This document shows positions 52,926 through 64,000 of a stretch of DNA of 64,000 bases, one piece after another. The notes below the pieces were generated by a model, which saw nothing but the letters and a program-made list of their open reading frames with translations, had not been told where the DNA came from and did no database searches. This DNA comes from Mizuhopecten yessoensis. Its lineage: Eukaryota. The translations under genes were made by a program, and so were the position numbers. The stretch spans positions 2,037,412 to 2,101,411 of the forward strand of contig NW_018408864.1 of the NCBI RefSeq assembly GCF_002113885.1, given 5' to 3'. Within the stretch, counting starts at the first letter, position 1. The number at the start of each line of letters is the position of its first letter.

Positions 52926-53564
52926 CCAACTACTGTTTTGTCAAGTTTATTTCCAATAAAAATATATGACATGACATTGGAAATCTTAGACAAACACAAT
53001 GAAAGTGTCTGTACAAAACATGTGAGATTCACCATGTTTGTGTTGATATATAAGTGACGTATACGTAAATAGTGCCCCTTCGTCTAAAGTTGGCGCATCC
53101 TTCGATAGAACTGTTGCTAGTTATACGATAGTATACACTTACACGGTCATGTAAGTGTTATGTGTAAAGCGTTTCACCTAAGCTGACGGGATTCCTGTTT
53201 TGGAAACTAAATAACTAAGTTTTATTGAAATAACAGCGTTCAATTTTAGCATCATTTGTTGTTGAATAGAAATTAATCTTCGTTAAAGTAGTTTCCATTG
53301 GTTAGAATAATTTCAACCGTTTTTAAAAGTATCAAGGGTTGAATAAAATGAATTCTAACTTATTTATTAACAAGTGGCTAGTTATTTTATCACTGCGGCA
53401 GTATCATGTTGCTGTGGTATCATTTAAAACGATAAAAATTCATTAAGAAAGTCTAATATTTATATTGTAGAATTTCCTGACAAGGTAAGGTGTACCGGGA
53501 AACTTCCCCACACTCAAATTTTGGCCCTTCACTGATCATATTTATATTCACCCAGTGTTAATTC

Positions 53565-54219
53565 CATCCTCGATATCCAGGGGTTACGCTCACTTTCGCT
53601 CTCTGCATCCCGGGAATATGTCATAGCAAAATTGAAGGCTCAATGTGCAGCACATTGTGGTAAGACGAGAAGACTAGTTTAGTCCTTTGATGCACATCAA
53701 AAGAATCTCGCTGTCCGGCAACGGAACAAAAATGACAGGCTTTGAAGTCGGGCGTCGCTCCTTTGTAATCTTTAAAGGACAAGTATCCGCCTAGTGATTG
53801 GTCAGGTGTTTTTTTACCTGACACCAATCAAATAGCTAGCCGCGAGCCTTCAATTTTGCTATGACATATTCCAGGGGTGTAGAAAGCGAAAGTGAGCGTA
53901 ACCCCTGAATATCGACGATTCCCTGGAATATGTCATAGCAAAATTGTAGGCTCAATGTGCAGCACCTTGTGGATGAGACGAGAAGACTAGTTCGATCCTT
54001 TGGTGTACATCAAAAGAATCTCGCGGTCAGCTAACGGTATAAATTGACAGACTTTGAAGTCGGACATCTCTTCTCTGTAATATTCAAAGGACAGGTATCC
54101 GCCTAGCGATTGGTCATTTTGTTAACCTGAGACCAATCAAACAGCTATCATCGTGCCTTCAATTTTGCTATAACAGTGCAGAGAGCAAAAGTGAGCGTAA
54201 CCCCTGGATATCGAGGATG
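53565..54219. mobile_element. MITE with long TIRs, internal tandem dimer and 9-bp TSD (Academ-like, tentative)
   Basis: CATCCTCGATATCCAGGGGTTACGCTCACTTT ... AAAGTGAGCGTAACCCCTGGATATCGAGGATG termini; flanks tgttaattc / tgctaattc; an extra internal right TIR ends at ~53919. Confidence 0.8.
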
Positions 54220-55328
54220 TGCTAATTCCAACCTTCACGTGTAGTGACTAAATACAGTATGCTTTGTATAAATATTTGCCGTTATGATTAAATCCCTCTC
54301 ATTATCGAGGGTGAAAGGCGTAATTTGAACTGCGGCGGTAATTTCCCAGTGTGTCGTACTTTCATTTCGTTAAGTTTTCTGGTGTTTCTTTCACATTACC
54401 GTTCAGACAACTTACGTCGCTTATGAACACATATGTCCTTTGAAATTGTGATAAATAGAATCTTTGATATAATTATATCATGTATTTTCCATCCTGTCGG
54501 ATGGATGAACACGTATATTTTTACAATCTTTTAACTACCGACCCGGAAGTCATGAAAGTCGCTTAAATCATGTGGCATATTAAAATAGTCAAGTTTAGAT
54601 AATAAAAAATGTCTTTTTAAGTCTCATCTCTCTTTCCAAATTAATGACAAAATGTTATTTTTTATTATTTATCACAAGTACAGGAAATTGCACTTGAGCA
54701 CAGAATGTGATTTTAAGAATAAGAACAGATTGAGGAATACGGGCCCTGATGAAGTATAACTTGTGTTTATAACATTCCAGTGATAACTCCACAAGTTTAG
54801 TTAACTTTAACCAGTGGTTAGTGAACAATTCACTTATTTGTCACTTTAAACAGTGCTTTCAAAATAAAATACATCCTCTAAACACACCATCTGATCTGTC
54901 TGAACGAAGTCATTTTGTTGTATTCAAATTATAAAACGTCACTAACCACTGGTTACCTCTAACGAACTTTTGGACATCCGGGTCCTGTAAGTCTTTAACA
55001 TGCTATTGAATTGAAATGAAAGTCAACGATTACGTTGAGATTATGAAAAACAATAAGTTAAATTAACGTGCTTTTTTCTACACGTGCTTACACGTTTAAA
55101 AAACCGGCATTTATGTTTTTTCGTGAAATCTTGAAACGTGCATTTGCGGTGTTTCCCTTGATTGTGAAGTAATAGAAGTATACTTCGACATAAATTAAGG
55201 TCCTACTCTTCAATGAATTTAAACCAATTTCAATATTTGTTCGGGTAATGTTCTCTTTGATGCAATTTCCAAAAAACAACTTAGAGAGGACTTAATGGTT
55301 TCCTGTTGAAAGTCCAACACACGTATAG

Positions 55329-56585
55329 TGTACCAGCATATCTGACCCGCCCTTATGTACAACGTACATTGTACCAGCATATCTGACCCGCCCTTATGTA
55401 CAAAGTACATTGTACCAGCATATCTGACCCGCCCTTATGTACAAAGTACATTGTACCAGCATATCTGACCCGCCCTTATGTACAAAGTACATTGTACCAG
55501 CATATCTGACCCGCCCTTATGTACAAAGTACATTGTACCAGCATATCTGACCCGCCCTTATGTACAAAGTACATTGTACCAGCATATCTGACCCGCCCTT
55601 ATGTACAAAGTACATTGTACCAGCATATCTGACCCGCCCTTATGTACAAAGTACATTGTACCAGCATATCTGACCCGCCCTTATGTACAAAGTACATTGT
55701 ACCAGCATATCTGACCCGCCCTTATGTACAAAGTACATTGTACCAGCATATCTGACCCGCCCTTATGTACAAAGTACATTGTACCAGCATATCTGACCCG
55801 CCCTTATGTACAAAGTACATTGTACCAGCATATCTGACCCGCCCTTATGTACAAAGTACATTGTACCAGCATATCTGACCCGCCCTTATGTACAAAGTAC
55901 ATTGTACCAGCATATCTGACCCGCCCTTATGTACAAAGTACATTGTACCAGCATATCTGACCCGCCCTTATGTACAAAGTACATTGTACCAGCATATCTG
56001 ACCCGCCCTTATGTACAAAGTACATTGTACCAGCATATCTGACCCGCCCTTATGTACAAAGTACATTGTACCAGCATATCTGACCCGCCCTTATGTACAA
56101 AGTACATTGTACCAGCATATCTGACCCGCCCTTATGTACAAAGTACATTGTACCAGCATATCTGACCCGCCCTTATGTACAAAGTACATTGTACCAGCAT
56201 ATCTGACCCGCCCTTATGTACAAAGTACAATGTACCAGCATTTCTAACCCGCCCTTATGTACAATGTACAATTTACCAGAATTTGTAATACGGCCTTATG
56301 TAAACAGTACAATGTACCAGCATTTCTAACCCGCCCTTATGTACAAAATACATTGTTCAGTATTGCTAACCCGTTCCTACGTACATAGTACCAGTATTTC
56401 TAACCCGTTTCTACGTACATAGTACCAGTATTTTTAACCCGCCCTTATGTACAAAGTACATTGTACCAGCAATTATAACCCGCCCTTGTGTACAAAGAAC
56501 ATTGTACCTGCATGTTTGACCTGCCCTTATGTACAACGTACATTGTACCAGCATTTCTAGCACGCCTCTACGTACATAGTACCAG
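55329..56585. repeat. 41-bp minisatellite
   Basis: Unit gtaccagcatatctgacccgcccttatgtacaaagtacatt; about 21 identical units to ~56228, then degenerate units. Confidence 0.95.
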
Positions 56586-56992
56586 TATTTTTACAGTCCC
56601 TACAAACCAGGGAATCTAACCCTCGCTTACATATCAGTCAATCTTTACTTAATCAGTGTCAGTCGCTGTAAAGCTGACATTAACGGCCCTATCAATTAAT
56701 CATAGTGAGATAATCTCGGCTGATAATATTGAATTCACAGTACCATAGTCTATACTGACGTTCACTCAATAACCATTGTAGCATACTACCCCATACTTAC
56801 AGATTCAGATGGTTCAGATGATTTTATATTCCTGTTTTACAACACATCGGAGAGAACACATAACATATACAGTTTTTTTCAAAATACATTGTAATTCATT
56901 GCTATACAGTATGATAGTGAAGCATTACAACATGTTATACATGGACATATGTAATAAACAAACAGTTAACAGTGTCTCTCAACCAAGTACTA

Positions 56993-57045
56993 CTCACGGG
57001 TAGCTTTCGACTACCTACTGGTTGCCTTCCTTAGCCCTTACTGAG
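56993..57045 (-). ncRNA. Degenerate minimal type I hammerhead ribozyme (Penelope-associated)
   Basis: Minus strand reads CTCA-GTAA-GGG CTAAGGA A GGCAACC-AGTA-GGTAGTC GAAA GC TA CCC-G-TGAG: stems I and II pair, helix III is a palindromic AGCT, and the core CUGANGA is mutated to CUAAGGA. Confidence 0.55.
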
Positions 57046-58520
57046 ATCAGTAGGGGGCTTCAGACTAGTCATGCAATTCAGTCATGTGACTCGGGGATTA
57101 TCCCCAAGACATGTGAATGAATCAGGCTGACATAGGCTGGCGGTAGGTGGTAGCGCCCTCGGTCTTTGTTCAAGTCTGGAATGGTGGCCGCCTCTTTAAC
57201 CCCTCTCTGGAACCAGCGGGGGTCTTGGTCTAGCACTCCTATGCTGGAAGCCCCAACGAGTGAGATCTTTGGCTCATGTGAGCTCCGACTGGTAACAAGT
57301 TTCTATGATGTTCTGAGACTCATTTTCGGAGTACCAGTTTTAGGTGGTCAATTTCTCTGTTCTTGATATCTCCCGATGCGCAGATGATACTGGCCCGGTG
57401 GGTGAGGATTCTAATTACACCAAGTTTGTGTTCAAGGGGCTGATGGCTGTCAAACTTGAAGTACTGATCTGTATGGATGGGTTTCCGGTAAACCTTGAAA
57501 TACAGACTGCCATTGTCAAGTTTTGTGATCTAAGTGTCACGGACAGGGATCTTGTGGTCCTTCATTCGTTCCATAGTGAACTTGATGGCAAGGTAAACGT
57601 TAGTCACATGCTCCGAGAAGGCGTCCAACACACACAACTTTGTGATGGCGAGGGTATCGTCCACATAACGGCCCCAGTATCTTGGGCGTTGAATGAAGGT
57701 GGAGAGCGCTTTGGATCAAAATGTTCCATAAACAAGTTGTCCACTATAGGGCTCATCGCACTCTTCGCTTGCTGGTAGAATTTCCCCCTGTACACAAAGT
57801 AGGTAGTAATGAGGCATATATCGAGGTCTGTGATCTGAGTGGGAGAAACGCAGTCCAGTCGGATAGAGTGGTGTCCTCCGCAATTCTCTTTTTAATGATC
57901 CTGATGATCTCGGCTAATGCTAACAGAGTGACGACACATCATAGGACACAACACATTCCTCGGGGAAGCATGATTTCTTCCATCCATATTACTAAATCGG
58001 CGCTGTTCTGATATGGTGTTCTGATTTGCTTACTAATGGTGAAAGAACGTTAGCCAAAAAAATGGCTACATTGTAGTTGATTGATCCCCTAGATGCCACT
58101 ATGGGTCTGAGAGGGACTGTCTCCCTATGTACCTTGGGTAGGCCTTACAGTTTTGGAACATCTGTAGATGTTGGTTATAAGTACCTGTGATGTTCCTAGG
58201 TTAACGTGTGGTCTTTCTTTCAACGTTCTAAGATCTTGTCATAATCTGGTACAGTACAGTACTTGGTTGTGGGGCCTTTCCTAAGGCTCTTGTAAGTGTT
58301 GGTATCCTAAAGTAGTTCACTTATCTTATCCTTGTACATAGTTTTAGGCGTGATGACAGTAGCCTGTACCTTATCAGCTGGGAGCATCATGGATTTAATT
58401 CGTCTTCAAAGAAATTACCAACCGGCTTTTCTCTTTGGAATTATTGGATCTAGGTTTATTTTTGCTTTCTTTAGATTTTAACACATTCTAAATGAGTGGA
58501 CTCCTCCGACTGTAAGCCGA
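56993..58520 (-). mobile_element. Decayed Penelope-like retroelement (RT + C-terminal endonuclease region)
   Basis: Minus-strand motifs LPADK, VPKL*GLPKVHRETVPLRPIVASRGS, YRGKFYQQ..SAMSPIVDNLFMEHF and GVKEAA..PDLNKDRGRYHLPP; stops, frameshifts and deletions; hammerhead-like 3' end. Confidence 0.85.
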
Positions 58521-58822
58521 TGTGCTTACATGCTTCCATCCGCGCGTTAATACAAATGATACACTCGTACATTATTCTATCCTGTCCTAATCTGTTTTTA
58601 TATTCTTAATGCTGTAAATGAAATATAATCTTAACTCTAAATATGAAAGAGTGTTACTGTCAAAGCGCTTGACAAGATTTACAATGTCATCATCAAACAA
58701 ATAATCACTTGCAATATGAAGAATAAATCACCTTATTGAAAATTAGTACGTCAATGACGAAATCCATTTTACTGCACTAAATGACTATGAAAATGAATAA
58801 GAACCCAAAATATACAAGTCAG

Positions 58823-59082
58823 ACATATACTACTCACATTATGCTAAGGATCACCTATATTTTGAAGAAAAAAATGTTAGAAAGGATATTATATTTTCCT
58901 TCCGTACTGTTTTGGACGAATATGTGGCTCATTTTCCGACTGTAATTACGATTTTTGGAATTTTTGCATGCTGATGAATTAAAAAAAACAATCAATTTTT
59001 CAAAAATAATCTCAGTAAAAACCAAAAAAAATATATGTCCCAAAAATAAAAGTAATCCTTAGAAAATGTGAGTAGTATATGT
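58823..59082. mobile_element. MITE-like element
   Basis: Perfect 18-bp inverted termini acatatactactcacatt / aatgtgagtagtatatgt, extending imperfectly inward (ctaaggat/atccttag). Confidence 0.6.
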
Positions 59083-60499
59083 AGAAATACAGCTAAAGGT
59101 GAAAAGTGTCCAATGGAAACTATGTTTTATCGTTGTGTGATGTGACGAAACTATGTTTTATCGTTGTGTGATGTGACGAAAATATGTTTTGACTATGCTC
59201 ATTAGTATAGGGTTTAAATGACAGGTCTCGTCGATAAAGCAGAAGACGCACTCCCTACCAGAAAACCTGGTCTTTTTCTCCTTGTACCTGTTCATTGGGC
59301 GCCATGGAAATCTTTTCTTTGTTTCATATCCTGCCCTAGTTTATTTTATTTTCTCTTTTTTTTTCTATCACAAAAATGGTCCAAACTTCTACTAATGCAA
59401 TACGGACTATATATAAAATGAGGGACTTTCCTGCGTTCTGACTAAACAATTACTACAATTATCCGACGACGGTGAAAATGAAACGTTTCAAATTTGCAAC
59501 ACTGTTCTCTTAAAATGTTTGTAGATTTCTAGAAACAACATTGAAAATATTAAGTATGATATACATCCTGTAACTGTCACATTTATGTCATACGTTATAC
59601 AGAATAAGATGTTGTATTTGTATAAATGTGACCTCGTGTACCAAACAAAAGTGTGGCTGAGTGAAATAAAAACTTGTCAAAAAACTTGGTATGTGAAACT
59701 ACAATAACGATAATGCATGCATAAATGGAGTTAAAGCTTTGTATTGATTTCAGCTTGGGTACAACCCCCAGGCAGTCTTAAGGTAGGACTTCACGTGTAC
59801 ACTTTAGTTAATTAAGCTAGTTTCTTTCAAACGAGTTATTACTTTTAATTATTTAAGGGGTTTGAAACCCTAAAAGACAAAAAATATCAGATATACAGCC
59901 AGTCGAAATGAAAAATTCTGATTGATTTACAGTATGTCTCGTTTTTGCGAACAAATTTCATCAAATAACATATAGCATCTCTAGTTTACTGATCTGTAAC
60001 CATGGTACGTGATACCACGTTATACAATATGCACTCTAGGAACATTCTACAGATACACTGTACCGTGAAGGTGTTCTAAGGAATTATTGATTGATACCAG
60101 ATGAGATAAGATAGTGACACAACAAACAATTATTATAAATGCATTATTCATATAACACTATTTGTCAGTGAGAATGGTGGCGACTATACAACTTGTTTAC
60201 ATTCCTCATCGACATGCATCCATGGAAACCATGTGACACAAGTTTGTCCGCCAGCAGTTGACATCAATTTCGGAATTCAACATATTCGGAGTAGTCCCTT
60301 GAATGCCAGATCAGCTGCAATATGTTAAGATCGTTGGTAGGGTGAGTTGAGGGAAATTACTATTACGAAAAGGAAAGTTCACGATAGGGAAGTGTCACAC
60401 TTATCCTACAGTAATAGTACTTCTTCCCGGTTGGTCATGGTGTAAGTAATAATCAAGGATAGCGGCTGACGTAAACGAGTCTGTAGTGTCCTTGATTTA

Positions 60500-61450
60500 A
60501 AGTTCAGAAAGGTAAACATGATCGACTTGTTCATTACAAATCGTACTGTTTAAAGGTAGCACATCTGATAGTAAGCTTGCAGGCATAGTTTGTGTTACCA
60601 GTCTTGATAAGCCCAGGAAATGTTAACAAAGAAATCAATATTTCTTTTGGGTTTCATTCTCAGGATATTTCTAGTTTTGCCTTTGTTACAGTTTTTATTT
60701 TACCGAATATTATCTATAAAAATTTAAACGCATATGTCTCCAAAGCTCGGTACGAAGTTTGTCGGTGTTAAGAGTTGAACAGCTTTTGTTATAAGAAACA
60801 TTTTGAAGATAGGATATCCAAGTTGATCAAAAATATTTCAATTCTTAAAAATCCACATTGCATTTATAATAGGTAATTTAAATGTCGTGGTTGAACAACT
60901 AAAATAAAACGTTGTTTAAATGTTTTTGTGAAGTTTTGGGATCCCATGAAAAAGAGGCGAGTCCGCAAAGTTTATTATTAATGGGTAGCAGGAAATATCG
61001 GAATACGAATCCAAGTGGACCATGGTTGTTTGCTGATATGTAGCAAGTTCAGAGGAGTTTTTCTCAGGTCTAATACATGCAATGCAAATTCAGCTGTCTG
61101 CTTGTAGTAAATGTTTGAAGCATTGCATTTAGAAAAATTGGAAGACATGAATGGAGTATTATTTCGTCTTAGGTATGGCGATCTTTCTGTTTGTAATGTT
61201 GTATTTAATGAAATTCTGCGTGATCTGAGAGTGGCGCAACACCCTCAGTAATTTTAAAATGAATAAAGTATCCAAGCTCATTTCCAAATATCACGAGGAA
61301 GAGTTTAAGTAGAATCCTTTTGTAAAGCTCTTAATACAGAAAGAGGAAGCGAATGCAATGAGGTTCAAACATTGTTTGTCTAGAATTTCCATTTGGTCTT
61401 CAAACGGGTTATGTTCCATTTTCCATTTAACGGAATCGATAGGCAAAACA
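60500..61450 (-). mobile_element. Highly decayed Penelope-like RT remnant (second family)
   Basis: Minus-strand fragments FHGIPKLHKN, QRFI, SCST, MWIFKN and FSTL occur in the order expected for a Penelope-like RT; boundaries approximate. Confidence 0.5.
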
Positions 61451-62574
61451 ATCTAGCGTCAATACACAAGGAGAATATCATAACTAAATATCGATACACC
61501 AATACAACAGAAAAGATATCACGAAAACACACAAAACCTTAATGCAGAGATAATCATGCAAATTGGTTTTGTTTTGGTTTCAAAGCGTTTGACGTCCTAT
61601 TAAACACTTAAGTCATTTGCAGACGTGCCTCTATGTAATTAATGCATGCATGCGTGTGTATGCGTACTAAAGGCAAGGAATGTTGGTGTACTTGCCTTCT
61701 TACTATAGTGCGGATCTGATGCCAACTTAATCGTGCCTATTGACTATTTCATCCAGTCACATTTTACTGATCCATTGCCTTTCTCACTTGGATGAACATC
61801 AAAAGTAAGGTATGGCCAATGAAGGCGCCAGGACAACAATTTTGGAAATAATTCCAATTGTGCATCGAAGCAAATCCCAAATGTTGCAGAGGGTTTCCAC
61901 ATTATTGCCTCTGCAACATGCAGCGGGCAACAGTAGGAGTATTATTACGCAATTCCTATCCTTTACTGATGCTGGGACCGTGATCTAATGCTATCAGAGA
62001 TTACAGGTGTCATATGAGACAACAATATATCAAGCAGAGCTATTTCTGTAAAAGATGAAAAACATAACGTCTGAGAGTCTTGGTTTTGATGTTCAATGTA
62101 CTTGAGGTGTGGCCAGTTGCATTTTAATACCTATGATGGAAAAAAAATAGTTTATGCCCAAAGTACAATTTTAAGCACTGATGAAGCAAAAAGGAATTTC
62201 GCGAAAATGTCTACAGGCAACAGTCGTTCCGCGACAGTGATTGTTTCTATCGACCGTGGTGGAATACTTATACTTACTGTCAGTACTAGAAGTCAAAAGT
62301 AAGTCTACACCGGTCTCATAAACTCGGCTATATAGGAAGACGATAGTTTGATTACAACAAACCACAGCGTTGGAGCAACCTTATTTGTCCAGAAACGTTG
62401 ATCCAGTTTGTCAGGTAGCTATTAAGTTTAGATTCATTTTACACATGTATGTAATTGTGATTTGTTCAAAGCACAGGGGCGTAAAGTATACATGTTAGTG
62501 ATTTATCAATACATGTTCACTGTATCTGAGTTTGTTGTTGACAAACTAGCCGATCTGGCATTGAGAAGAGAAAC

Positions 62575-63180
62575 GATGACAGTTGTCAAGTTGACAGAAG
62601 ACACGGTGACAGGTGTCAAGCTGACAGGAGACATGCTGACATGTGTCAAGTTGACAGGATACAAGATGACAGGCGTCACGTTGACAGAGGACACGACAAC
62701 ATGTGTCAAGTTAACAGGAGACAAGATGACATGTGTTAAGTTGACAGGAAACACGGTGACAGGTGTCAAGCTGACAGGAAAAATGACGACAGGTGTCAAG
62801 TTGACAGGATACAAGATGACATGCGTCACTTTGACAGAAGACACGACGACAGGTGTCAAATTAAAAGGCGACTGGCAAGTGTCAAGTTGACAGGAAACAC
62901 GGCGACAAGTGTCAAGCTGACAGGAGACATGATTACAGGTGTCAAGTTGACAGAATACAAGATGACATGCGTAACTTTGACATAAGACACGACGACAAGT
63001 GTCAAGTTAACAGGAGACAAGATGACAGGTGTCAAGTTAATAGGACACAAGATGGCAGGTGTCAAGTTGACAGGAGACATGATAACAGGTGTCAAGTTGA
63101 CAGAATACAAGATGACAGGCGTCACTTTGACATAAGACACGACGACAGGTGGCAAGTTGACAACAGACAAGGTGACAGGT
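62575..63180. repeat. 30-bp minisatellite with an internal palindrome (~20 units)
   Basis: Unit approximately tgtcaagttgacaggagacaagatgacagg, containing tgtcaa-g-ttgaca. Confidence 0.9.
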
Positions 63181-64000
63181 GGCGAACCAGAAGCCTCTGT
63201 GTCCTTTGTTAGAGTTTATATTATCTTTCGTTTAGTTTGACGTTTCCTTGATTCTGAACTTATCTGTTCTTTTCTACTATCTGTTTTATTCTCTCTTTGC
63301 GTCTGCCTTTTGATGACATATGTCTTTTTCCCTTGCATTTGTGTTATTAACTGAGATATAATTTAAGGTCTAAAGGAGCAAACTAGAAAATAGTGCTTCA
63401 ATGGCTGACATAAAGCAATGGTTTACATATGTATATGCCAAGCAAATAAGTGAAATGGGAAAAAAACAAAGGGGAAAGGGAAAATACAGTTCTTAATTGT
63501 TCAAATATAAGCAACATATTTCGATATCTCTATAATTTTGGGTGATTGGATGGCACAGTGGATAGCGCACTTACCTTTACTGAGTACTCCGGGTTCATCA
63601 TATGCGCGCTAACATCCGGGGCAACAACATCGATTAATTTAAGTTGTCACAAATGGTCATGTCTTAACATTTTTGCAAGCTGTTTGGTATAAACACTTCA
63701 ACCTTATAAAAGTATATAAGCAAATCGTACCGGAGAACTGGTTCGCGGGTTCTTTATTTAGATTAGTGATATCGACACCTGAATATACATGTATGCAACT
63801 TGTGGCGGCTTGTTTCTGCTGACAACTTCAACATAATATATTGGTAACACCCTTTCTCAGCATGGGTTTCCAAGATTTCTTCATTACAACAAAATCTGTA
63901 TAGCCTTCTTATTCTTAACACAAATTGTGCTTACATTTAGGAGTTCAATGTGACGTTTCTTATAGATATATGGCAAAACGTAAGAAGAATATTTCGATAG

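Noticed and set aside
55329-56230. CRISPR-like regular repeats (also 29942-32566 and 41610-45157)
   Set aside because: Units are directly adjacent with no unique spacers, there are no cas genes, and the context is eukaryotic.
57344-58011. Plus-strand ORFs of 144 and 96 aa
   Set aside because: Antisense shadows of the decayed Penelope-like ORF.
62462-63212. VKLTG-repeat / pentapeptide-like protein ORFs
   Set aside because: Translations of a 30-bp minisatellite, open in several frames on both strands.
63548-63600. tRNA-like A-box (tggcacagtggatagcgc)
   Set aside because: No complete cloverleaf or intact B-box; likely a SINE-head remnant.

Overview
AT-rich eukaryotic DNA, most likely from a bivalve mollusc. 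This is inferred from the repeat repertoire (Helentron/HINE-type elements, Penelope-like, Tx1 and CR1/L2-type LINE remnants, tRNA-SINEs, TTAA MITEs, many minisatellites). Positions ~1-38600 are a head-to-tail array of an ~11 kb unit: the tail of one copy at 1-158, two near-complete copies, and a third, diverged, insertion-rich copy. Each full unit carries a 4-coding-exon gene that the ORF track misses. It encodes an unannotated 104-107 aa protein whose beta-strand pattern resembles an HSP20/CS(p23)-like sandwich. Copy 3 differs from copy 1 at 29 of 104 residues against only 6 synonymous codon changes, and has a GT->GC donor change. The rest of the window holds one plausible 200-aa gene of unknown function (52323-52925), five minisatellite arrays, MITEs and decayed retroelements, one with a mutated minimal hammerhead ribozyme. 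A sixth minisatellite, which flips orientation six times, lies upstream of the copy-3 gene. All calls are from manual reading; no database searches were run.
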